Of a stretch of 64,000 nucleotides of DNA, positions 1 to 9,092 are shown piece by piece. Position 1 is the stretch's first letter. Every line of letters begins with the position of its first letter. The stretch is from Nanobdellota archaeon. Its GTDB lineage: Archaea; Nanobdellota; Nanobdellia; Pacearchaeales; GW2011-AR1. Position numbers and translations under genes: made by a program. A model generated the notes under the pieces. That model was not told the DNA's origin. It saw nothing but the letters and a program-made list of their open reading frames with translations, and made no database searches. The stretch covers positions 121,262 to 185,261 of the forward strand of contig JADFRY010000001.1 in NCBI GenBank assembly GCA_022561055.1, given 5' to 3'.

Positions 1-904
1 TTTTATCATTCCTATTTGAAAATGTAAATAGAATATAAGGTTCGTCTTTATCTAACACTTTTATTAATTGTGTAGCACCCACTATCTCTCTTAAGCTTTC
101 ATCCTCACAACAAAAAGTTGGTTGATACCCCAATGACGCTTTAAACTTTTCAAGTCCAATGCTAACAGCTTCACCATAATAAGCAGTATCAGTACCATAA
201 CTCATTATTTTCAAACCTAATTTCTTAGCAAGAGCATAAACTTCTTCTTGAGCCCTCAAAATAAAATGTTTTCTGCGATTTTCTCCAGAATTATCTGAAA
301 CGCTCCCTTTTATCTTTAAAATACCTTTTCCAGAAATTAATTCAAGAATCAAACCAGCAACCATTTTTCCACTAGTATCTTTAATTATAACTTCATAGAA
401 ATTATCACGGACATTTTCGATTTGCTTTAAAAAATCAGTAGGGATAAGACGCAACCCATATTTTTTACTAAGAACGAATTTTTCATAGAGCAAATACCAT
501 TCCTTAAAATTTTTATCCGTCAATTCATTTGTAGTAACTGAATAATTCTTAGTTGTATTTATTTTCTTACGATAGTCTCTAATCCTTCTCCTTCTTTCTT
601 GTTCATTGATATCTGTCCGCATAATTAATCTATCCAAATATGTACTTGTAGGAGCATGCCAGGTAACATAAATAGGCCCATAATTAAAATCGTTCAATGA
701 TTGCACATCCTCTTTATTAGGGTTCCGAATAGCTATTGCATAAACGCCTTTCTTTAACAACTTTTTTTCTTCTTTCCTTGCCAACAATCCGGAACCAGCA
801 GGAAATAAAGCAACCTTTTTACTGATAAAACCAGTCAGCATCCAATCAGGAGAATTTGGATTTTCATCCATTGTTTCAGTAATGCGATATTTTTCATCAG
901 TCAT
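1..904 (-). CDS. FemAB/GNAT-like acyl- or aminoacyl-transferase, partial (3' end off window)
   Basis: Not in the ORF track. Hand translation from ATG 904 is open to position 1 (MTDEKYRITE...ALAKKLGLKIMSYGTDTAYYGEAVSIGLEKFKASLGYQP...). The GLxxFKxxLG motif is typical of Fem-like GNAT domains. Confidence 0.6.
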   Translation of the reverse strand, partial: MTDEKYRITETMDENPNSPDWMLTGFISKKVALFPAGSGLLARKEEKKLLKKGVYAIAIRNPNKEDVQSLNDFNYGPIYVTWHAPTSTYLDRLIMRTDINEQERRRRIRDYRKKINTTKNYSVTTNELTDKNFKEWYLLYEKFVLSKKYGLRLIPTDFLKQIENVRDNFYEVIIKDTSGKMVAGLILELISGKGILKIKGSVSDNSGENRRKHFILRAQEEVYALAKKLGLKIMSYGTDTAYYGEAVSIGLEKFKASLGYQPTFCCEDESLREIVGATQLIKVLDKDEPYILFTFSNRNDK

Positions 905-1071
905 TTTGATATTCCTATAAATGATGTTTTAACCATACAAATCTAAATAAGGCGTCTTTTTTAAGATTTAGGTTGGTTTGATTAGTAAATAAACCACTCC
1001 CTAAACAACCCTTTTCTATGAGGGATTTTTTAGAAATGAATAATCATGTGGTTTTTTTAGCTATGATATAA

Positions 1072-1623
1072 TTATCCAAATAATGTTTTAATTCTTTCAT
1101 CAACATAGGCCGCTGCCTCTTGAGCACGTTTCTTGTCACCTTTGAGTTCTTTGATGTCCACATATGGATAAAGAATAGGAATTAATACTGTAGCTGGAGG
1201 TATTAAACTAAATAAGGCTTTTCTCACAATGTATCTAGGCATTCCCATGCCCCTCCTTGCTCCATTATTCATTTTTCTCAAATAATTACAAGGGATAATA
1301 TATTCCAATTGCTCGGCTCTTCCAAGGAGTTCCTCAGGTTTTCTTTGTTCACCAGACACATAATTACGGAACCCTGTAATGTCATCTAATTCTTCTAATG
1401 TGGATGAAATCACGGAATCATTGGGTCTACTTACTGCTTCAGAGGCTATTGGATTATTGAGAAGTGCAATCAGCTCTCTGTGAGCTAAATCTATTATCTT
1501 TTTTGTGGTTGGGAGACTATCTTGGATCTTTTTTGGTATGCTATAATCTCCATCTCTGAAACTTTTTATAGTTACTTCTACTTTTTTCATTTTTCTGTAT
1601 GTTGTGTCCCATTCTGATACCAT
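1072..1623 (-). CDS. hypothetical protein
   Basis: 183-aa ORF divergent from a TrmB gene; no recognised motif. Confidence 0.6.
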   Translation of the reverse strand: MVSEWDTTYRKMKKVEVTIKSFRDGDYSIPKKIQDSLPTTKKIIDLAHRELIALLNNPIASEAVSRPNDSVISSTLEELDDITGFRNYVSGEQRKPEELLGRAEQLEYIIPCNYLRKMNNGARRGMGMPRYIVRKALFSLIPPATVLIPILYPYVDIKELKGDKKRAQEAAAYVDERIKTLFG

Positions 1624-1658
1624 ATAAATTAGCCAATAGATACCTTTATAAAGTTAGT

Positions 1659-1677
1659 TTGTCGGATAATTCGACAA
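1659..1677. promoter_or_regulatory. candidate TrmB operator
   Basis: TTGTCG-N7-CGACAA inverted repeat immediately before the TrmB start, in the divergent intergenic region. Confidence 0.45.
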
Positions 1678-1678
1678 C

Positions 1679-2407
1679 ATGATAGAGAAATTACAAAGAC
1701 TTGGGATGACAAAAAGTGAATCACAAGTGTATCAATTATTAGTTAAGTATGGAAGTATTTCTGGTAGTCAATTAGCTAAGAAATCTGGAATAGATAGGTC
1801 TACAACATATAATCTACTTGTATCTCTAAACGCAAAAGGATTTGTTTCATATATTATTAAAGAAGGCATTAAGATTTACCAAATTTCAAATCCTTCAAAT
1901 TTAAGAAAATTTGCAGAGGATTCTATACAAATTGCAGAGTCTGTTATCGAAGAAATAAACAAGACCAAACAAAAGATTCTGACTGAAAGCATAGCCGAGG
2001 TTTACGAAGGACCAAACGCTCCCAAAGTAATGTATAATTACTATCTAGAATCTAAAGATCAAGAATTTTATGTATATGGGGGCTATGGCAAAATGTTCCA
2101 AAAACTTGAGCCAGAAATGAAAGGATACATTAAAAAATTTATTTCCAATAAGAATTTTCTATATTCCTTTGTCTCGAAAGATTATCCAAATCTGGAAAAT
2201 TTGAGGAAAATTCCTGGGAAAATAAAAAGAACAGACTTTAAATCACTCCCAGCAGGATTTACAATTGGATCAGATTCAGTTACTTTTCATGTATATGAAG
2301 ATGAATCTCAAGTAATATCTATCAAGCATCCACAGATTGCTAAAGTTATGAGAGAACTATTTGAAATAGCTTGGGGAAAGCGGACTACCAAGGAAGTTGG
2401 TGCATAA
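1679..2407 (+). CDS. TrmB-family transcriptional regulator
   Basis: N-terminal wHTH (LGMTKSESQVYQLL...RSTTYNLL), YEG linker, C-terminal effector domain. Confidence 0.9.
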   Translation: MIEKLQRLGMTKSESQVYQLLVKYGSISGSQLAKKSGIDRSTTYNLLVSLNAKGFVSYIIKEGIKIYQISNPSNLRKFAEDSIQIAESVIEEINKTKQKILTESIAEVYEGPNAPKVMYNYYLESKDQEFYVYGGYGKMFQKLEPEMKGYIKKFISNKNFLYSFVSKDYPNLENLRKIPGKIKRTDFKSLPAGFTIGSDSVTFHVYEDESQVISIKHPQIAKVMRELFEIAWGKRTTKEVGA

Positions 2408-2543
2408 AAGTTATTTCACTGTTTTACGCCAAAAATAAAAAACCAGGTGATTATTTACATCTAAGCGCCAATTCGTATCTAAAACTTACGGCTTTCTCTC
2501 CGCGCTTTTTCTGGATTCGAGGGCTCGGTTTAAATATCGCGTT

Positions 2544-3299
2544 CTAGGGCTTTGAAATTTTCCATAAAGTATTAAAGTATTCCTGAAAACCCTTTGCTAG
2601 TTTTTTATTTTTGATAAAAATAGTGATTTCTTTTTCCCCGCTTCCTAGTAGAGGGATAATTACGTTATCTTTATACACGTTTATTGGAATGGCACTGCTT
2701 TGGTCGAGAAATCTTTCTTGATTATAGGCGTCTTGTTTTTGATGGTACTCTTTAACTCCTTTTAAATTTGTTGTAAATATTACTTTTGTTTTTAATTTGG
2801 CTTTAACTCTTTTTTTGTGATAATTAATAAAGAAGTTAAGCTGTTGTTCGTTTAGTGTTTTGTCAACTCCAAATACTAAAAATTCTTCATTTGGTTGGAA
2901 TTCGTTTTCAACAATTTGGAATGCGTTTTTTAGTCCATTATATCCTTCAAATATTTCTGCTCTTTCCTCTTTTGAGGAGATTGTTTGGAGATCTGATAAA
3001 GAGGGGATTAATTCTTGCAATTCTTTTTTTTGGTTTTGTATTTCTTTCGCTTTTTTGTCTAGAAGGCCCTGTAAGAAATTTGGAGGAGCTGCATTATAGT
3101 AGTTAACTTTATTTTTAAGGAAGTTTGAGACAAGACCTTTATTTTTTAGTCTGTCTAAGATGTCATATATTTTTGATTTTGTTATTTTTGCTTCTTTGAC
3201 AATTTTTCCCACAGGAGCTTGACCTATTTTTAGCAGAGCTAGGTAGACCTCGGTTTCTCCTTTCGTTAAGCCTAGATTATAAAAGAATTCTTTGTTCAT
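2544..3299 (-). CDS. TrmB-family transcriptional regulator
   Basis: LGLTKGETEVYLALL...KSKIYDILDRL wHTH, FEG linker. Confidence 0.9.
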   Translation of the reverse strand: MNKEFFYNLGLTKGETEVYLALLKIGQAPVGKIVKEAKITKSKIYDILDRLKNKGLVSNFLKNKVNYYNAAPPNFLQGLLDKKAKEIQNQKKELQELIPSLSDLQTISSKEERAEIFEGYNGLKNAFQIVENEFQPNEEFLVFGVDKTLNEQQLNFFINYHKKRVKAKLKTKVIFTTNLKGVKEYHQKQDAYNQERFLDQSSAIPINVYKDNVIIPLLGSGEKEITIFIKNKKLAKGFQEYFNTLWKISKP

Positions 3300-3380
3300 G
3301 TTACTTTAATATCCCCTATGGGGGGAACTAAGTTTTATATATGTTTGTTTTTGTCTCAGAAATAGATAACGAGGAACAAA

Positions 3381-3698
3381 ATGATAGGAAAAGAATGGTT
3401 TACAAAAGCGAGAGAAAGGGCCTATGTAAACGAGTTAACAGATTCCCCTGATGATGAATTAGAGGCCATTGTATCAAGTTGGAGAGATAGATCCCCCTTT
3501 AACAAATTGTCAACAAGACTAGTTACATATCAAAAAGCGCGAGTCAATGCCGCAAGCACGGTTCTTTGGAATAGAAATCTAGCTATTATGTTGGAGAAAT
3601 ATTATAGGGAGGAGTATGGGGTTGATATTACCCCTGGCGATTCTTTGAATAATGGGAGAACTATAACAACCCATTATACAGCAGCGCCTATAAAGTAG
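3381..3698 (+). CDS. hypothetical protein
   Basis: 105-aa ORF with GAGG upstream, divergent from TrmB. Confidence 0.6.
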   Translation: MIGKEWFTKARERAYVNELTDSPDDELEAIVSSWRDRSPFNKLSTRLVTYQKARVNAASTVLWNRNLAIMLEKYYREEYGVDITPGDSLNNGRTITTHYTAAPIK

Positions 3699-3761
3699 TG
3701 CTTAAGAGAATAGTTAGGCACTACGCATAAAATTTAAATAGTCTATTGTAGTGCCTAATAT

Positions 3762-4139
3762 ATGAAAGCATTATCATTGAAGCAGCCATTTGCAGAATTG
3801 ATATTGCAAGGAAAGAAGAAGATAGAATTGAGGACTTGGAATACTAAATTTAGAGGAGAATTTTTGATACATGCTTCTAAAATCCCTGATAAGAATGCTA
3901 TGAAGGAGTTTGGTTTTGATGATTTGCCTTGTGGCTTTATTCTAGGAAAAGCAGAATTAGTATATGTTAAAAAATATGAGAGTAAAAGTGCACATGAAAA
4001 GGATAAAAAGTTACATTTGGGTTCTGAGGATTGGGGAGATTATGGTTTTGTTTTAGAGAATGTTAGGAGAATTAAGCTGGTTAGTTGTAAAGGAAGATTA
4101 GGATTTTGGAATTTTGAAGGAGATATAAAATGTTTATAG
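3762..4139 (+). CDS. ASCH domain protein
   Basis: ALSLKQPFAELILQGKKKIELRTW...IHAS...KGRLGFW signature. Confidence 0.9.
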   Translation: MKALSLKQPFAELILQGKKKIELRTWNTKFRGEFLIHASKIPDKNAMKEFGFDDLPCGFILGKAELVYVKKYESKSAHEKDKKLHLGSEDWGDYGFVLENVRRIKLVSCKGRLGFWNFEGDIKCL

Positions 4140-4173
4140 CTACAACTTTTAGAAAAAGTTCTAGGAGTCAAAA

Positions 4174-5901
4174 ATGTTTATTGTGAAAAAGGTAATTGCT
4201 GGAAATGATTATTATTATTTGCGTGATTCTAAGAGAGTTAATGGCAAAGTGAAGGCGGTGACAGTTGCTTATCTTGGAAAAAATAAGAAAGAGGCAGAGA
4301 AAAAGGCACGGGAAATTATTAATGAGAGGAAAAAAGGAGTTAGCAAAAAAGAACAGGAAGGAAAAGAGAGCAAGGAGAAAAAGATGATTGTGATGGGCAA
4401 CGAAGAAAAGGAATTTTTGAGTTTTATTCAAGAGGGAGGATTTATTTGGGGGCCGAGTCCTGAGATTTATGGAGGTGTTGCTGGTTTTTACACTTACGGA
4501 CCACTTGGAAAGTTATTGAAAAACAAGATTGAGAATTCTGTTAGGAGAGTTTTTAATTCTCATGGTTTTAGAGAGATGGAAGGACCGACTGTACTCCCAG
4601 ATGTAGTTTGGAAAGCTTCTGGACATCTTGATACTTTCAAGGACAGAATAATAAAATGTAAAAAATGTAGGGCGGTTTTCAGGGCTGATAAATTAATTGA
4701 AGAGAGATTTAATGTTTCTGCTGACTCTTTTTCTGATGAGAAAATTTTGAAGTTTATTGAGGATAAAGGAATAAACTGTCCGAGTTGTGGAGGAAGTTTT
4801 GAGAAGAAGATCGAGAGTCAAACTTTAATGATGAAGACAAAAGTTGCTGGACAAGATTCTTCTTTGAGGCCAGAGACCGCGACAGTAACTTATTTACCTT
4901 TTTTGAGAATTTATAATTATTTTAGGAAGAAGTTGCCCTTTTCAGTTTATCAGATTGGTAAGGTTTATAGGGATGAAATATCTCCGAGGCAGCATGTTTT
5001 AAGAAGTCGTGAATTTACGCAAGCAGAAGGACAGATTTTTATTGATCCTGAAAAAAAGAATGATTGGGAAAAGTATGAAGATATTAAATCGGTGGTTTTA
5101 CCTTTCTGGGATTGGAAGGCGCAGGATAAAAATGAAGAGCCTAGTGATATTTCAATAGCCTCTGCGATGAAAAAAGGTTTGATAAAAAGCCAGGCTTATG
5201 CATGGTGCATATGGCTTGCATATATGCAGTTTGTTAATTTTGGCATTCCTAGGGAGAGAATAAGATTACGTCAGCATTGGCCTGACGAGAAAGCGTTTTA
5301 CGCAGATGATGCTTGGGACATAGAGGCTAATTTGAATAATTATGGTTGGGTTGAACTTTGTGGGGTGCATGATAGAGCAGATTATGATTTGAAACAACAT
5401 GGAAAAGCTTCAGGAGTTGCCTTAGAGGCTGTAAGGGAGAATGGAGAAAAATTTATTCCACATATTTTGGAAATTGCATTTGGAACGGACAGACCAACTT
5501 ATGCTTTAATTGATATTTTTTATAGGAAGAAGGAAGTTGAAGAAGGGAAAACAATGTTTAAGGTTCCTTATCACATGGCGCCGATCGATGTTTCTATTTT
5601 TCCATTGATGAAAAAGCGAGAATTAATTAAAATTGCCGAGGAAGTAAAAGAGATGCTTGAAAATGATTTTGTTATTGATTATGATGTTTCTGGTTCGATA
5701 GGAAGAAGGTATTTAAGAGCTGCTTCTGCCGGAACACCGTTTGCTATAACAATTGATTATGAAAGTTTGGAGAAAAAGGATGTGACTATTAGAGATAGAG
5801 ATACTTCTCGTCAAATAAGGGTAAAAATAAGCGATTTAAAGGATATTATTAAAAAGTTATTAGAGGGAGCCAAAATAACTGATTTTGGTAAATTTATTTA
5901 G
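4174..5901 (+). CDS. glyS: glycyl-tRNA synthetase (alpha2 type) with extra N-terminal domain
   Basis: EIYGG, LRPETA, REFTQAE and anticodon-binding GSIGRRY motifs. Confidence 0.95.
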   Translation: MFIVKKVIAGNDYYYLRDSKRVNGKVKAVTVAYLGKNKKEAEKKAREIINERKKGVSKKEQEGKESKEKKMIVMGNEEKEFLSFIQEGGFIWGPSPEIYGGVAGFYTYGPLGKLLKNKIENSVRRVFNSHGFREMEGPTVLPDVVWKASGHLDTFKDRIIKCKKCRAVFRADKLIEERFNVSADSFSDEKILKFIEDKGINCPSCGGSFEKKIESQTLMMKTKVAGQDSSLRPETATVTYLPFLRIYNYFRKKLPFSVYQIGKVYRDEISPRQHVLRSREFTQAEGQIFIDPEKKNDWEKYEDIKSVVLPFWDWKAQDKNEEPSDISIASAMKKGLIKSQAYAWCIWLAYMQFVNFGIPRERIRLRQHWPDEKAFYADDAWDIEANLNNYGWVELCGVHDRADYDLKQHGKASGVALEAVRENGEKFIPHILEIAFGTDRPTYALIDIFYRKKEVEEGKTMFKVPYHMAPIDVSIFPLMKKRELIKIAEEVKEMLENDFVIDYDVSGSIGRRYLRAASAGTPFAITIDYESLEKKDVTIRDRDTSRQIRVKISDLKDIIKKLLEGAKITDFGKFI

Positions 5902-5979
5902 AGATTATATTCTCTTTTTTCATTCTTTTTCTATAAATTTATATAAGGGCTTTGTGATTATTAATTAGTAATTGAAAAA

Positions 5980-6780
5980 ATGGGGAAGACGATTGGCTTA
6001 ATATCTATAAAAGGTGGTGTTGGTAAAACGACTCTGAGTGTTGCGCTTGCAGTTGATTTAGCTAATAATTATGGGAAAAAAGTTTTATTAATAGACACTA
6101 ATTATTCTGCTCCGAATTTGGGGATTCATATGGATATTATTTCTCCTAGGAAAACTATTCATGATGTACTGTCAGGGTCAAAGCTGAGTGCTGCTATTCA
6201 TGAGAAGTATGGTGTTGATGTTATTCCTGGAGATTTTTTATACAAAAGAGAATTTAGTCCTTTGAAGTTAAAGGCAAAGTTGAATCATGTAAAAAAGAAA
6301 TATGATTTTATTATTTTAGATGCTTCTCCGAGTTTAAATGACGAGGTTCTTTCGACTATTTTGGCTTCAGATAAATTATTTGTTGTTACGACAGCTGATT
6401 ATCCTACTTTGAGTTGTTCTATGAAGGCGGCTAAGTTGGCAAGGCAGAGGAGCAGACCGATTGATGGTATTATTTTAAATAGATTAAAGGGCAGATATGA
6501 AGTTAGTCTTGAGGAAATTCAGGAGTCTACAGGTATTCCTGTTGTTGCGAGGGTGAAAGATGATAAAATTGTTGCAATGTCTTTGTTTGAGAGAATTCCC
6601 GCCACGCTCTTTGCTAAGAACACTGCTTTTTCTAAAGAGATAAACAAACTTAGTGCAGCTTTAGTTGGAGAAAAAGAAAGAAGACCTTTATTAGATAAAT
6701 TACTTTTTATTGATTTGAGAAAAGAAGAAGTAAACAGAGAGGTTTTAAGAGAAAATTTTTATAAGAGAGTTTTTAGGTAA
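5980..6780 (+). CDS. MinD/ParA-family ATPase
   Basis: deviant Walker A KGGVGKTT; YDFIILD. Confidence 0.85.
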   Translation: MGKTIGLISIKGGVGKTTLSVALAVDLANNYGKKVLLIDTNYSAPNLGIHMDIISPRKTIHDVLSGSKLSAAIHEKYGVDVIPGDFLYKREFSPLKLKAKLNHVKKKYDFIILDASPSLNDEVLSTILASDKLFVVTTADYPTLSCSMKAAKLARQRSRPIDGIILNRLKGRYEVSLEEIQESTGIPVVARVKDDKIVAMSLFERIPATLFAKNTAFSKEINKLSAALVGEKERRPLLDKLLFIDLRKEEVNREVLRENFYKRVFR

Positions 6781-6785
6781 TTTGT

Positions 6786-7139
6786 ATGGAAAGAGATTGT
6801 ATATTTTGCAAAATTGCTAAAGGCGAGGTAAAATCGGAGAAAGTTGCAGAGAGTGATAATTTTTTTGCTATTCGTGACGTACATCCAATTGCTGAGGGGC
6901 ACGTCATGGTAATTCCAAAGAAACATCTGGTTACTTTGTTGGACATCCCTAATAATCTTGGAGAAGAGCTTTTGAGTTTTACTAAAAAAGTTGCAGGGAA
7001 TTTGTTAGATAAGAAATTGGGAGATGGTTTTGATTTGCTTATGAGGAATTTGGAAGCTGGCGGACAAGAAGTCATGCATGCTCATGTACATGTAATTCCG
7101 AGGAAAGAAGGCGACGGAATAAGCAGTTTGCCTGTATGA
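6786..7139 (+). CDS. HIT-family nucleotide hydrolase
   Basis: CIFCKI and HAHVHVIPR motifs. Confidence 0.95.
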   Translation: MERDCIFCKIAKGEVKSEKVAESDNFFAIRDVHPIAEGHVMVIPKKHLVTLLDIPNNLGEELLSFTKKVAGNLLDKKLGDGFDLLMRNLEAGGQEVMHAHVHVIPRKEGDGISSLPV

Positions 7140-7140
7140 T

Positions 7141-7332
7141 TTATAGTTTTTGAATTATTAATAATATTGTTGTTATTGCAAGCATTATGAAGCCGAAAAT
7201 GAGGGATGTTTGGCCGAATTGGGTTGCTGCGAGTCTTTGAGAAGTTACAATTATTGAAATTGCTAGAAAGATGTTTAAGAAGGCAATTATATTTTGTGTG
7301 ATTTGATATTTTTTAGGAACTTCTTTTTTCAT
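7141..7332 (-). CDS. small 2-TM membrane protein
   Basis: 63 aa with two hydrophobic segments. Confidence 0.6.
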   Translation of the reverse strand: MKKEVPKKYQITQNIIAFLNIFLAISIIVTSQRLAATQFGQTSLIFGFIMLAITTILLIIQKL

Positions 7333-7366
7333 TTTTTAGGAAAGGTTTTTTTATTAATAAGTGTTT

Positions 7367-7490
7367 GTGAGCATACAATTCTGACTCACTCTTGCTGCTG
7401 GCATCCTCACTATCGTTGTAGTGCTCTTCTCTGCAGTGAATAAACAAGACGATTTCGATCTTCTCTTGCTCGAGTACTCGCTGCGGAAGA
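7367..7490. ncRNA. candidate structured RNA adjacent to the tRNA 3' end
   Basis: GC-richer intergenic tract: long hairpin TCTTCT/GGAAGA, GCAGTGAATA/TACTCGCTGC, CAAGA/TCTTG, GAT-TTCG-ATC, plus CACTA/TAGTG and GTGAG/CTCAC hairpins. Confidence 0.35.
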
Positions 7491-7495
7491 CGAAA

Positions 7496-7620
7496 TGGCT
7501 CTGGAGAGAATTGAACTCTCGGCCTCTGCCTGTCTCAAATTTCATGATTTGTGAGTAAATCTGATTTCTTACGAAATTAGATTTCATGAGAGCAGCGCTC
7601 TGCCACTGAGCTACAGAGCC
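7496..7620 (-). tRNA. tRNA with CAU anticodon (elongator Met or Ile2); 53-nt intron at 37/38 (7532-7584)
   Basis: Cloverleaf: acceptor GGCTCTG/CAGAGCC, D arm GCTC/GAGC, anticodon stem CTGCT/GGCAG, T arm GAGAG-TTCAATT-CTCTC. BHB helix CTCA/TGAG. No encoded CCA. Confidence 0.95.
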
Positions 7621-7691
7621 AAGAATAGAAACTCTGGAGTGTTTTTAAGTTTGTTGGAAAGGTTAATAAAATGTTTTTTCTTTAGTGGGTG

Positions 7692-7919
7692 ATGGTTGTG
7701 GAAGAGGTTTTAGGGGCAACTCCTGAAGTTGTTATTGAGCTTGGAAGGATTGGGAAATGGATACAGGCAGTTGGTCTTTTGGTGATTTTGTGGATTATTG
7801 TGCAAGCGATAACTATGTTTTTTAACAGGAAAAGAAGGAAATCTCTTTATTCTATCAAGGCGGATTTGAAAAGAATAGAGAAGAAGATTGATAGGTTAGA
7901 TAAGAAGATTAAGAGATAG
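7692..7919 (+). CDS. small single-TM membrane protein
   Basis: TM helix followed by a basic coiled-coil tail. Confidence 0.65.
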   Translation: MVVEEVLGATPEVVIELGRIGKWIQAVGLLVILWIIVQAITMFFNRKRRKSLYSIKADLKRIEKKIDRLDKKIKR

Positions 7920-7920
7920 A

Positions 7921-8262
7921 TTATTTTATTAAAACTATATCTATTGTGGAGACATTTATTTTTCTGCCTTCTTTTTCATATTCTTCTGTGTCGATTTTTA
8001 TATCTTTAATTAAAATATTTTGATTTTTCATGAATCTTTTTCTAGAGACTTCTGCAACGTCCACGGCTTTAGAGATGAATTTGCCTCTTGCTTTAATTAT
8101 GACGTCAGAATTATTTTCGTTTGTGAATTGCATTAATATGCTTGTTACGTAGTTCATGACTGGCTTGCTTCCTATAAAAACGATGTTGTCATTATCTCTC
8201 TTTTCTTTGAATGTTTCTTTTTTTTCTGTGTTATTTTCTAACTTGTTGTCGTTGATTTCCAT
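7921..8262 (-). CDS. albA: DNA/RNA-binding protein Alba
   Basis: [12 protein letters not shown]...[15 protein letters not shown]. Confidence 0.95.
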   Translation of the reverse strand: MEINDNKLENNTEKKETFKEKRDNDNIVFIGSKPVMNYVTSILMQFTNENNSDVIIKARGKFISKAVDVAEVSRKRFMKNQNILIKDIKIDTEEYEKEGRKINVSTIDIVLIK

Positions 8263-8263
8263 T

Positions 8264-8452
8264 TTAGTTTGTTTCCTTTGTTTTCATTAGTCTTGCAATG
8301 TAACCTGCAATTTTGTTTCTGATTTTTTTGCTTGACATGGTGTTTGTCAAGAGTTTTTTGTTGTATTCAAAGTCTGTTGTGAATTTGTTGCCTTCTATTT
8401 TGATTAGCTCAAAAGCAGTCTTTTTGACCATCGTAGACTTTATTCTTCCCAT
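8264..8452 (-). CDS. rps17e: 30S ribosomal protein S17e
   Basis: MGRIK...FTTDFEYNK...[12 protein letters not shown]. Confidence 0.95.
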   Translation of the reverse strand: MGRIKSTMVKKTAFELIKIEGNKFTTDFEYNKKLLTNTMSSKKIRNKIAGYIARLMKTKETN

Positions 8453-8505
8453 TTTTTTGAGTATTTAAGTATTTTTATACTAAAGTTATCCTTTTTACTG
8501 GGTAT

Positions 8506-8943
8506 TTAAATATTTGGGCTAGAGTACAATGTAGAATTAGAGAGAGATTTATTAGGGAGTTGTGCCCTAGATCTTCTTTTTCTTTCCTCAAGTTCTTCAT
8601 ATGAATCATCTAAATATAAATTAACAGTTTCTTCATTTGATCCAACGCTTGATGAGGTTAGTTTTCCTTCTAGTCTCTTTACGATTTGTCTTATGAATTT
8701 TGGCTCTCTCAAAGAAGTTCTCTTTACAGACATTAAAACTCTTCCTGCCAATCCATTCTCGTTTTCCTTTCTTTGATCCATTAAAGACAATTCTACATTT
8801 TCTGAAATAATTACATAAGTTGTCCAATCTCTTTCATCAGTTGGAAATTGTCCTGAAGCAATTGATTTAAGACTATCAAGTAATGCTTCATATTCACCTA
8901 CTCTACAACTCAAATCATATTGTTGTTGTCTTACTTTTACCAT
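8506..8943 (-). CDS. hypothetical protein
   Basis: 145-aa ORF with upstream TATA-like TTTATAAA. Confidence 0.6.
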   Translation of the reverse strand: MVKVRQQQYDLSCRVGEYEALLDSLKSIASGQFPTDERDWTTYVIISENVELSLMDQRKENENGLAGRVLMSVKRTSLREPKFIRQIVKRLEGKLTSSSVGSNEETVNLYLDDSYEELEERKRRSRAQLPNKSLSNSTLYSSPNI

Positions 8944-9092
8944 GATTTTTTCATGATTTAAACCTTTATAAATCTTTCTATCTTGTTACTACTATCAGGA
9001 GGTATATCAAAGTAAACTCCGATCACAAATATCCTTTAATAATAAAAAACCAGATGATTATTTACTCTGATATATATTTCTCATTCTTACCA

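Noticed and set aside
2461..2543. GC-richer tract between the convergent TrmB genes
   Set aside because: No convincing fold, tRNA arm or ORF found
7354..7587. 77-aa ORF
   Set aside because: Overlaps the tRNA intron and 3' exon
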